Of a stretch of DNA of 64,000 nt, positions 25,576-36,704 are shown piece after piece. The position numbers were made by a program, and so were the translations under genes. The notes beneath the pieces are model-generated. The model did not search any database. It had not been told where the DNA came from and saw only the letters and a program-made list of their open reading frames with translations. The stretch is taken from NCBI GenBank assembly GCA_964234715.1, contig OZ174289.1; one strand, 5' to 3'. Origin of the DNA: Podarcis melisellensis (lineage: Eukaryota). How positions within the stretch are numbered: position 1 is the first letter of the stretch; each line of letters begins with the position of its first letter.

Positions 25576-27164
25576 TCCACCACTAAAGCACCATTGCTGG
25601 GTCAATTGCATGTTCCCGAATACAGCTAACTCCTCCCTAATGCAGCACATCTATTTCTTTAAGAAAGGACTTTTTGTTGTTCGGAAAGGGACAGGAAATT
25701 GCAAAGTGTTGAATGAATGAACAATTAACAGGAAGATGTGCAAACACTCTAGAAGCAAATCAGGATGGATGTAGGGTGAATGTTCATTGTCATATAACCA
25801 TCCTGTGGGTGTTTTTCTTCTTCTTACAAAGATGTACTCCTTGCTCTCTGCCTCTTGTCACATTTCTCTGCTTGGCTGGGACAAAAAGAGCAACCCAGAG
25901 CCTTGGAACAAGCTGAGACCCAATGACCTGTATAAGGTACGGTATGAAATACTTAACTAGGGTTATGATGCTGGTTATCCTATAGGCCAGGGATGGGGAG
26001 CCTGGTGTCCAGCAGAGATTGCTGGGAGTCCATCTTCATCAGTCCCATCCCTGACATCTACGGATGAAGGGCAAATAATAATAATAATGATGATGATGAT
26101 GATCATCTGGTGGGAGGAAGAATAAGTTTCAGCTTTGGAAGGCCTGGAGTAAGTGATCACAGCATTTTGGGGGTGGACTAGATGGCCCTCGGGTCCCTTT
26201 TGTGATTCTTCACTCTCCTCTCCTCTCCAGTTCAATCTTCTAAACTCTGACTGAATAAGCATGATAGATCCCCGAGTTTCTGCCATTGACTTGTGATTCT
26301 TCCTTCAAAATGTCTTTTAAGCTCATTAAAGCCTTTCCTTCCATTGAAGCAAAGGGGTATAATTTCACTGTATGTGAGGCAGAAGAATCGTAATATCAAC
26401 TGCCTGTTTAGGACTCCTAGGCACTTAGTAAGTTTCTTGCAGTTCAGCTCTGAAAATGCTTCCTTGTGTCTTGCTCTCAGCCCCAGCAGCTGATTTTCAG
26501 GGGGGAGCCAGATGCAGTTGAGTAAGGATAAACAATGAAAATGAGGTGTCTGGTCTTGCATAATGTCACCGTTTGGGTACGACTTGGGTACGACTTGAGC
26601 TGTTAAAAGGTTTAAGGGCTTGTTCTGGGAGTTCAAAAGCTTTCAATGCAATCCAAAGAAGAATTAAGCCTTGCTTGAGTCCACTGAAATAAAAAACTAA
26701 AACGGAGCACTTCAGATGGGTGGGATATAAATAATAAATTATTATTACTATTATTCTAGGCTTTCACAAAATGTTCTTTCACCATTTTGTGATCTCTAGC
26801 TCTCAAACAACTGAGACCTAAAGGAAAACAAAAGCTTTGTTTGGGCTTTAATGTTTAAATACTCAATGACCTCACACTTCCTGTTTGTCTGCCATGACGA
26901 TCGGCTGTGCCGATTACACCAGAGCCCTTCCATGCTGGTAATTGAGGATAATATGGGAGTAATTATCCTCCCAACCCTCCCAGGGTTGGGGGGGCACTCC
27001 ACCTGTGGATTGTCTGATACCTGCTGCCCTTCCAGAAGGAAGAGGGGGAAGGGGACACTGGGTGTAAGCCACACGGTTGTGGCAACTTTCCAAAGCTGGT
27101 GCCATGAACAAAGGACAACTGTTTTTTAAGATAAAAATTCAGACTTAACAAACAGGCATGCTCT

Positions 27165-28610
27165 AAACCAGCAGAGATAAAATAACTTGCTAATTTAATC
27201 AGCCACTGAAAAGGATTTGATCTGGAGAAAGACTTTTGTCGGGACCAAAACACAATGGCTTGAAATATGTAAGTGGACGCTCCCTTTAATTACGAAACGG
27301 ACTGTGTGAAATTTGACTATGATTCTGGCAATGATCATTAAGGGAAAGATGAAAGGAATTCCTGATGGAACTATCGTTTCAGTGTAAAGGCATCATCTCA
27401 TTAACAGCTGGAAGGAGGCCAAGACAGAGTTTTGGATATCTGCCCAGGATTAATGGTGGACTATGATGTGGGTGGCGCTGTGGTCTAAACCACTGAGCGT
27501 CTTGGGCTTGCCAATCAGAAGGTCGGCGGTTCGAATCCCCATGACAGGATGAGCTCCCATTGCTCAGTCCCAGCTCCTACCAACCTAGCAGTTTGAAAGC
27601 ACTCCCAAAAGGGCAAGTAGATAAATAGGTACCGCTCCGTCAGGAAGGTAAGCGGCGTTTCTGTGCGCTGCTTTGGTTTCGGTGTTCCGTTGTGCCAGAA
27701 GTGGCTTAGTCATGTTGGCCACATGACCCGGAAAAACTGTCCACGGACAAACGCTGGCTCCCTTGGCCTGTAAAGTGAGATGAGCGCTGCAACCCCAGAG
27801 TCATCTGCAACTGGACTTAACTGTCAGGGGTCCTTTACCTTTTTTTATGACGCAGTTAAAATATCTGTTTATAGAAAATGAAACTAGAGATCGCTGAGGA
27901 GCAGAAACAACAGTACAAAGGACTGACCCACTCGTTGAATTAATTGATGGATTAATTGTACAACCCCAGGGGGAGGTGAGCCTTTTTTATTCTCTTTTGA
28001 TATATATGTATTTGCAGTGTTACCTGGTAAATCTCCCCTGAAAGGTAATAGTTTGAAATACACAAGTGGATTTGAAATAACACTGCTGCTATCTCCTCAG
28101 TGGAAGGAAGGAAAAAATTCTGGACTGGAGCTACTTTGTTTTTGCAGAGGTACCAGCATGTTGGGAGATGGTACGAGACTACGGAAGCGAATTCTGGATG
28201 GCTGTCTGGAGTTAATGGTGTCTTTTTGTCTGGGACTGTGGTGTATTTTGGCTCTTGTTGGCAGAAATCAAAAATGGAATTGCTGGAATGTGGACAACAG
28301 GGGAAAATATTTCACACAGAACTATGAAGACGAAAGTTTGAACAGACTAGTGGTTGTAAACATAAATGAAAATTAAGCGAAGGATTAACATTGGAATGGT
28401 TTATTGACTAATTAAGAAATGCAATGTGATATTAGATTATTAGCACTCCGTGAAATTCAGAGCTTGGGTAGCCACCCAAAGATATATAATTTGGCATTTA
28501 TATTTGGCTTTTTAATTGTATTGTAATTTGGAATGTTTTAATGTGGTTCTTTTTGAAGTATTAAAATGGAAAACTTAATAAATATTATATACAAAAATAA
28601 ATAAATTAAT
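27165..28610 (+). mobile_element. Probable L1-related non-coding retroposed element, interrupted by a SINE
   Basis: Ends in an L1-like 3' UTR, AATAAA and A-rich tail at about 28575-28610; no ORF homology recognised; 5' boundary uncertain. Confidence 0.35.
27467..27845 (+). mobile_element. Sauria SINE
   Basis: tRNA-like head (tggcgctgtgg, ggttcgaatccc), BovB-like tail ending tttacc; TSD tatga. Confidence 0.92.
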
Positions 28611-28854
28611 TAAAAACTCAGTGACCTGCCTTTCAAATAAGTGGAAATGAAGCAGCTGCTTGCCATAGTGAAATTATGATGACACTGTCACTCTGTAGTG
28701 GCAGTACTGAAGTCATAAGTCAGATTCAAGGGGGAATTTCCCCCAAGGCCCTGCCTACCATTTAACAGTGACCTAAGGTTTTCCAGTAAAACATGAAATG
28801 GTGCACACGCTACATCTTGTTTGTGTGCTTAGTTCATAACTTTTCTCTTAGTTA

Positions 28855-29398
28855 AATAAATAAAAATAATATTTTATTACTTATCCCCAGCTACTATGGG
28901 CGGCTTCCAGTAAAATATATAAAAAAAATGTCAAACATAAAAAAACTTCCTGATACAGGCTGCCTTCAGGTATCTTCTAAAAGTTCTGTAGTTCTTTATC
29001 TCCTTGACATCTGACCGGGGGGGGGGCATTTCACAGAGAGGATGCCACCACTGAGGAGGCCCTATGCCTGGTTTTTTGTAACCTCACTTCTTGCAGTGAG
29101 GGAACCACCAGAAGTCCCTCGGAGCTGGACTTCAATGTCTGGGCTGAACGATGGGAGTGGAGATGCTCCTTCAGGTATACTGGGCTGAGGGCATTTAGGG
29201 CTTTAAAGGTCAGCACCAACACTTTTAATTGTGCTTGGCAACATACTGGAAGCCTTTAGGATTGGTGCTATATGGTTCTGGTGGCCACCCCCAGTCAGCA
29301 GTCCAGCTGCTGCATTCTGGATTAGTTGTAGTTTCTGAGTTACCTTCAAAGGTAGCCCCATGTAGATTGCATGGCAGTAGTCCAAGCGGGAGATAACG
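28855..29398 (-). mobile_element. L2 LINE 3' fragment
   Basis: ORFs SRLDYCHAIYMGLPLKVTQKLQLIQNAAA and LVLTFKALN. Confidence 0.88.
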
Positions 29399-29619
29399 CT
29401 TCCCATCCTAAGAGCTGTGCTTCCGCCTTCCAGTACTATGTGGTGTACGTGGACTATGACAAGCTGAAAAAAGAGGGCCCAGATTTCTGAAGAGCAAATG
29501 TTCTCCCTCTACAAGCTGCACAAGATGAAGAGGTTTAGGTTTTCCAGAAGCCATCCACACAACTCATACGCTTTAATCATCCAGGAAATCTTAAAACTGT
29601 CTGCACAAGGCACTGAAAT

Positions 29620-29824
29620 CAGGCATGTCCAAAGTCTGTTTCGGGGGCCTAGTCCGTTCGGTTTAGTTCAGCCCCTGTGGCAGTTTATTTCCTGGGGTGA
29701 AATCCTAAAAAACCCTCAACAACTTCAATCCTAAAAAAAAGGTTAACAAATTTGGTCGGCCCTTTGGTCAGCCCTCACGGCCCTTCACTTCATCAAATCT
29801 TTGAAGAAAATTTGGACAGCACTG
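29620..29824. mobile_element. hAT-like MITE
   Basis: Ends caggcatgtccaaa and tttggacagcactg. Confidence 0.5.
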
Positions 29825-30939
29825 AAGAGTTAAAGTCAAAGAGTTCAAGAGAAACAGAGAAGGGGGTGCTGGATGTCAGGAGCTGCATTCTCTCCCGTGC
29901 TGCAGAGTGTGTGTGAGTACTGGATCACAAGCTCTTTGTGTTGCCATTCCATTCTTTGGAAGTGTGGAAACAGAAGGAACTGTGTGCCACTTCTGTCTTC
30001 TGTGTTCTTTGTTCTGTCCTGTTGTTGTTCTCTCTTGTGGTTTAAGCACCCCGTGTGGTTTAAGCACCCCGGTCACCCTGCCCCTTCCCATTGTGCTCTG
30101 CCCCTCTCCCTGCAAGGGTTCAGGTGAGTACAATATGCTTTGGGGTGCAGCAAGCTGGGGGGGACCTGGGGGAGGATGCAATGCCAGTGGGGTGATGGAG
30201 GGAGAGACAGCAGGCAGGGAAACTGCTGGGCAGGTGGGGGAGGGAGAGAACCCCCCCCCCAAAAAAATGATCATTTGTACATTTGACTAGTGTTGTGTGG
30301 AGGGAAATGCAGCCCCTGGGCTGAAAAATGCCCCCTCCTTTGTTTGAAATTCTAGAATAAGAAACTGCCTCTTGCCCCTCAGCTGCTATGTCTGTTTGTG
30401 ACATCACAGGAGACCATACATAGTCAGGCCTGGGGAAACTTGGCCTCAAGGGGGGCATTTATTAATAAAGAAATGATGACTGAGGACCTCCCCCTTGTGA
30501 CACCCGTGGCATGTGGACTCCATGGCACCCTCAAAAACCAAAACACCCTGATCCCCCCCCATTTTTAAAAAGTTGCCCCCCAAATCTGTTAGTTTTTGCA
30601 GTGCTGCAAGACCGTTTGTTTTGGCAGCTGAGGGATTGGTATTATTTATTTTGCCCTTTGTGAGACATAAACTGGTTCCTTTGAGTTAAGGTCTCTGGAT
30701 CCTTTTAAATAAAGTGATCTGGACAAAATAGGTGTATTAAGAAACCTTTTATTATACACACTTGCAAGTGGGGTAACCCAAGATCAGGCACATCTTCATC
30801 AGGAAAAACACATCTTCTAATGTCGCTTGTCCAGCCGCAAGTCCCTCCTTCCATGCCCACAAGAAGGGGCATGCCAATTTACAGAAATATAGTATCCACC
30901 TCATTAACATTTTACCATTCCACTTCCCATGCTAATCAT

Positions 30940-31030
30940 TACAATACAATACAATACAATACAATACAATACAATACAATACAATACAATACAATACAAT
31001 ACAAACACCTTTATTGGCATTTCAAGTTAA
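30940..31030 (-). repeat. (TACAA)n microsatellite, probably the tail of a short LINE 3' end
   Basis: About 12 pentamers abutting cctttattggcat (polyA signal on the minus strand; same motif at about 39880). Confidence 0.8.
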
Positions 31031-31153
31031 GACATTTCAAAATGGCATCAGATGCAAAGTTTTTCTTCTTCCTGTTTTCTGTTTCCGAGAGATTTGAGTG
31101 GGGAAATCCTTTTGATTCCTCAATAATAAGAAGCAGTGGGCTGAGGGAGGCCA

Positions 31154-31751
31154 GGGCCACATCCACACCATTTAAAGCACTATGAAGCCGCTTTAAACAC
31201 TCATGGCTTCTTCCCCAAAGAATCTGGGAGATATAGTTTGAAAAGGGTGCAGAGAGCTGTTAGGAGGCCCCCCTGCTCCCCTCCCAGAGTTCCCTGCCAA
31301 GAAGGGAACTCTACTCCTAACCCTACTCCTGACGCTAACTCTAACTCTAACTCTAACTCTAACCCTAACCCTAACCCTAACCCTAACCCTTAACCCTTAA
31401 GAATTCCCAGAGTTCCCAGGCAAGATGGGAACCCTACCCCTAACCCTGACGCTAACCCTAACTCTAACACTAATCCTTAACCCTTAACTAGAGCTACAAT
31501 TCCCAGAGTTCCCTGGCAGTAAGAGAACCCTACCCCTACCCCTAAACCCTTAATTAGAGCTAAAATTCCCAGAGTTCCATCACAAGAAGGGAACCCTGCC
31601 CCGAACCCTACCCCTAATCCTAATCCTAACCCTAACCCCCCTAGCAAGTCTCTGTCCCCTTAACCACCTACAGTTCCCAGAACCCCTGAGGAGAAGCCAT
31701 TCCTGTTCAATGCGTCTTCATAGCACTTCCAATTGTGCACCTAATGTGGTC
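31154..31751. mobile_element. Palindromic MITE with an expanded centre
   Basis: Left arm gggccacat..atggcttcttcccc..gggagatatagtt and right arm ctacagttcccag..gagaagccat..atgtggtc are inverted; family members at 17067 and 50590. Confidence 0.7.
31309..31640 (-). repeat. Interstitial telomeric sequence: (TTAGGG)n and variants in four tracts
   Basis: ccctaa, ctctaa, ccctac and cccttaa runs separated by about 35-bp spacers ttcccagagttccc..aagaaggga. Confidence 0.9.
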
Positions 31752-32425
31752 TAATGTTTCCTACCTCATTTTCTCCTCTCTCCCCACTGCCCCATCACTT
31801 GCAATGCAGCAGATGTCCGCCTGCAGTCTCCCTTCAAAGCTCCTTCTCTCACGTCTGGCCTTGTCCATTGCTCACTGCCAGGATTTCACGTTCATTTCTC
31901 CAATTTAAATAGGGACGTCCTGCGGTTCTCCTCATGACTTTGAAGGCTGGACTTGGGAAAACCTCACCGGCTCCAGACATCCCTGTAAGGCAAAGGCAAC
32001 CAGGTGAGTGGGATGGCCCCCATCCGCAGCATCCCCCCAGACTCCTCCTCTGTTTGGCTGCCTGTTCAGAAACAAGGCTTCCAAACCAGTTTGCATCCAT
32101 CTCAGCCAGCGTAACCTTGTGGCATCCGCCAACCATCCACCAGCTGCAGCCTCGCCAGGTCCATTGCCAGACATCAACCAGCTTCAGAGCTGAATATCAG
32201 TCGCCTTCAAGTAGCTATCCCACCAGCAAGTAAACGTTGTGCTAGCCTTCCCCCTGCTCCACAGCATCCCAGCACCAGGCGTTTTCCTCCTTCCGCTTGC
32301 CAGTTTGCCACCACGGGTCAGGAGACCACCAGGTAGCTTTCTTATGTTACAATGGGAGACTTCCAAGAGAATACTTTTAATGTAGCACTCCAAGAAATGC
32401 TGCAAGTTTCAGAAAGTCACCTAAT

Positions 32426-32599
32426 CACTGGTGGAGGAAGAGGGGTGCGGGGGAGCGCAACGCCCCCAGCAGCGCGATCCCGGTGGGGTGCCATTGTGGC
32501 TGCCCCCCCATCCTGGGTGCCACACCCCCTGGACAAGCACCAGCCACACACCCACGTGCTCTCCGCCACCTGGTTCCGGAGCATGAAGCTCCGTCACTG
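32426..32599 (-). mobile_element. GC-rich hAT MITE (reverse copy of the 47001 family)
   Basis: 8-bp TSD cacctaat and cacataat; reverse-complement similarity to 47001-47178. Confidence 0.85.
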
Positions 32600-32911
32600 C
32601 ACATAATGCACTCCAAAATCAGAAATTTTAAAACCATTCCAGCACTGTGGCATTTTACTTTTTCTCTGCATCTCTTATGTGAACTATGTACTGGCTGTTT
32701 CTTTGAGTATCTTTTTTCCAATTTATTTTTATTTTGTAACCATTTCTCCCTAGGTTCTCAGTGTCCCTGAATTAAGAGTCTGACTCCTCAGCCATGCCTT
32801 CCAATGGGTCACTGGCTGGTGTGCCTTTCCACTGTCGTGAGATCAGAAGAGGACCGTTTCACTGGCAGAAGCCTAAGCAGCCAGGAGTTTGCTATTCAGA
32901 CACAAGGATTC

Positions 32912-33007
32912 TGTTTTAGTCATTTATTCTTATTTTGTTTTAGGCATTTATTCTTATTTTGTTTTAGTCATTTATTCTTATTTTGTTTTAGTCATTTATT
33001 CTTATTT
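32912..33007. repeat. 24-bp minisatellite, 4 copies
   Basis: tgttttagtcatttattcttattt repeated, one substitution. Confidence 0.95.
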
Positions 33008-33159
33008 TTACTTGGCACCACAGGCAGCTCTACCAAAAATTGCAAAGGCTACAATCCCACCTACACGGGAGGAAGCCTCACTGAATTCAGTAGGACTAAT
33101 TTCCAAGTAGACATGGGTGCAACAGTGCTGCAAGGCTCTTTCTTGGAAGTCTTCCTTTG

Positions 33160-33335
33160 TAACATAAGAAAGCTGCCTGGATCAGGCCAGTGGCCCAAGT
33201 TCAGCATCTTATTCTCATAGATGCCTGTGCAAAAACTGCAAGCAGAATCTCACCACATCAGCCCTCGTGATTCTCAGGAACTGATATACAGAAATATGCC
33301 GCCTTTGAACCTGGAGGTAGTATGTAGCCATCACT
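33160..33335 (-). mobile_element. CR1 3' end
   Basis: aacataagaa..ctggatcaggcca.tggccca..cagcatc is the reverse complement of the CR1 terminus. Confidence 0.6.
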
Positions 33336-36300
33336 TGACACATCGCTGAGTTCAAATGGCATCCACCTGGCTTCTTCCCCCAAGGAATCCGGGAGCTATA
33401 GTTTGGGTCATTGGGTTTGGTGCTTTTGTAACTACATTTGTAATGGCATTTAGTCAAATGCAATGATTGATTGATTGATGAAAAGTGCCTTTTTCCTGAG
33501 ATACTAACTTTCTGCATGTCATTCCTTGAACAGCTTCCTGTGCAAAGATAAGACTTGCTTTCATTGCTCTGTTGATTTGTGCATTTGACTAGTGTTGTGT
33601 AGAGGGAAATGCAACCTCAGGGCTGAAAAATGTTCCCCTTCTGCCCCCTTGGGTTTCTGGTGTGGCCTTCACAGATAAGGCACAACCTGGGGGTGTGGTG
33701 TGTGTGTTTTAGCTGCTGTGCTGCACTCAACATTGTGAGGGCAGAGGGGGTGGGGCTGATCCCTCCCCAGCTGCTGCCATTGTTGGTGGGTTGATTGGGA
33801 TGTCACAAAAACATTTGGCAGCTAAGTGGGTATGGCACTCCCCAGAGAGAAATGAGTAGCTCAGTGGCACTCAGCCCTGGTGGTCTCCTGCCCCGTGGCA
33901 GATGCATTAATTTTAAGTTGCTTTAAACTGTTTGTTATATTGTATAAAATTGTGTTTTAATATTAATGTTGTGTTTTAATTCTTGTAACTCACCCTAAGA
34001 CCATAGAGTGAAGGGCTGGTAACAAATTATATTAATAACAGCAATGTCAATAGTCCAAACAAGTATAATTAATTACTTTATTTCTCTTCTATTAGTCCCA
34101 ATAATAATATTACAGTTGCCAGGTCATTGTCTAGTGATTATTTTTAAACCTTTCTTGCTTTTTCCCCAGCCTGAAGACCTTGGGGTTGCTTGGTCACTAT
34201 GGCTGTATCAGGTACTCAAGCATATCTACAACAGCAGGCAGAGTTGATTGTGTTCCAGTGCAGGTTCTAGGATAACAATTTCTCTGAAAACATATCCTTG
34301 GAAATGGAGTATAGCTCATAAAACTTGCTTCACTGTTCACCAAATCCAAAATGGTTCCCCCCCCCCCCGGCTCTCTTTGAATATGCTGGTTCTCTTTTAA
34401 ATTACCAAATGTGAGATAGGCAAACCTCTTATTGGGAAGCTCGGGTGAGATACACACACAGTGGAAGTTGCTCCCAATACCAGTCACCATACAGAAGCAG
34501 CTTAAGGTCCAAATAGTTTACTTTTGGAGAAGACAAGGCTCTGTAAAACAGTTCCAGACGTAGATATGTACACTTGTAGGCTTTTGTAGATACAAATATA
34601 TATAGATACATATAAGTACAAAGAATCTCCATTGCTCCAAATAAACTCCAGAAATCCAAGATGTAACACTGGACAAGTAACACAAACAAACTGATGACTC
34701 ACAGACTAACTGCAGACTACTATAGCAGCAACCAAAGGAGAAATGACTGCTGGGAGGAGTGCAGAGAGAAGAAATGTCCTGGTGCCTCTGCAGCAGCACA
34801 ACTGGATGCCCTCATCTAGCCCAGTTGCAACAAAAAATGTCTCTCGTACATCGGTCTCTACAGCCACAGCAGGTGCTGCAATCATCCAACAGCTTGACCT
34901 CATCCGCAAATGCTCGGTCCTCCATCGTCTCCCAAGACAGACAGATGCCATTGAACTGATCCAACATGCATTAATCCCAGATATAGCCAGAACACTGGTT
35001 TGCTAAAGCTACTGGTTTGGCTTACCTTGCACCTGCAATTAGCTCATCCATGGGGTGATTTAAACTCAGGAAGGAAATTAACCCCTTCCCATGTCCAGTT
35101 ACTCCAGCACATCTGGACTTCACCACAATACTCATACATATCAGTATATTAGCCACCATTGTTCATGAAAGAAAATGGCTTCATTGTATATACAGGATGA
35201 AGTTAATTTATACTGATCGTCTGTTTCTGAATGGAAGGCATACATTTTCAGACCACTATCTCAAACATCCATGCCAACACATGGGAAAGCAGAAATATTC
35301 ACAGAAATATAGCAATATGTTTTAAAACATCTCTACTATGATAATTTTTTCTGGGTCCTTGCAAGACCATTTTTACAACTAGGTTTGATGACAGTGAGGA
35401 TCGCTCTGTATGTTACCCAAAAATACTAAAAGTGGAAGCCTGTGTGAATTGCACTTTGTGAGTAATGGTTGCCTCTTCCCTTTGGGGTCACTATAATATT
35501 GCTTCCATTGACACAGCAAAGATGCCCTCATTTATTTATTTATTTATTTTATAAAAAACATTTATTCCCACCAGCTGCAGATGACTGACATGATATATTG
35601 AACTTATTGAATTTGCTGTTTAATAACCTGCTTTATCTGACAGCAAGCAGGATTTCATCAACCGGAAATTACCTTCACCCTTCACCCACAATACTCACCA
35701 AATTTCCTTGTAGTTTTCCCCAACCCCTCACCTGTATCTTTCTCATTTTCCTCCACTTTCTGAGTCAGGGCATTTGTAAAGAAATTTATAGCACAAACAA
35801 AATGCCACATTCCACAATGGGCAGTAAAAAACCCCAGCCATTTATTTGTGTGCTTGTTGGAAAGGCTGCCAAAAGCTTGCCCAACACCCTCTGGTGGAAT
35901 ATGTAGTAAATTCAGTGCCATCACAAACACATCAGATGTCTTACGTACCAGAGGTAGATAACTATCCTTCAAATATTTGTTGATGGGAAATGTAAGCCAC
36001 ACAACTTGGATTTAAATAATCTTTCATGTATTTGCTTTGGCAAAAAATAAAGATGCAACTGCTGTCTAAAATGCTGCCTGCTGGATGTATTTGCAATGCG
36101 GCAAGGTAAACAGCCAAAATTTCTATCTTTCTCATCAGGAAGTATGATATTGATTAAATATACAAACCTTGATTACTCATAATGCTTTTCTTAAATATGA
36201 AGTGGACACTATGATCCTTGAGTGGCCTGGATTTTCATCTGAGCTAGAGAAGAATTCCTCTTTTCCTCCCACAGCCCCTTCCCCTCATTACCTCACTGCT

Positions 36301-36704
36301 ATTCCAGTCACATGAGAGGGAGGGAGGGTCTATCACTCTCTTTCTGCAAGCCTCAGGTGTCCCCTTGGCATCTGAACCACTAAAGTGGGAGCTCTGTTTA
36401 TCCTAAGCCCACCTATGAAACTGGATAGCAGTAGAATAATCTCCAGCAGAATCAACAGCAGCTGAGCAGCAGCAGAAAGGTTTAGCCAGTCATTAAGTTA
36501 CACCAAAGTCCTCCTGAAGAAGCTGAAGTTTAGCCAGCAAATGGGATTTATATAATGGCCAGATGGCTTCCCTGCAAAGCATTGATGCCCAAGACTCAAA
36601 AATTTGGGTGGCAATTGGACTCTATGAGAGGGAATGTACAGGAGGAAATGGTCCTTATGAGATCCAGATCCTAAGCCATTAGAGACTTTAAATGTAGGAG
36701 TATC

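Noticed and set aside
31280-31640. CRISPR-like repeat-spacer appearance
   Set aside because: Eukaryotic context, the spacers are telomeric repeats, and there are no cas genes.
32426-32599. Apparent CpG island or promoter
   Set aside because: It is a hAT MITE with an 8-bp TSD and a sibling at 47001.
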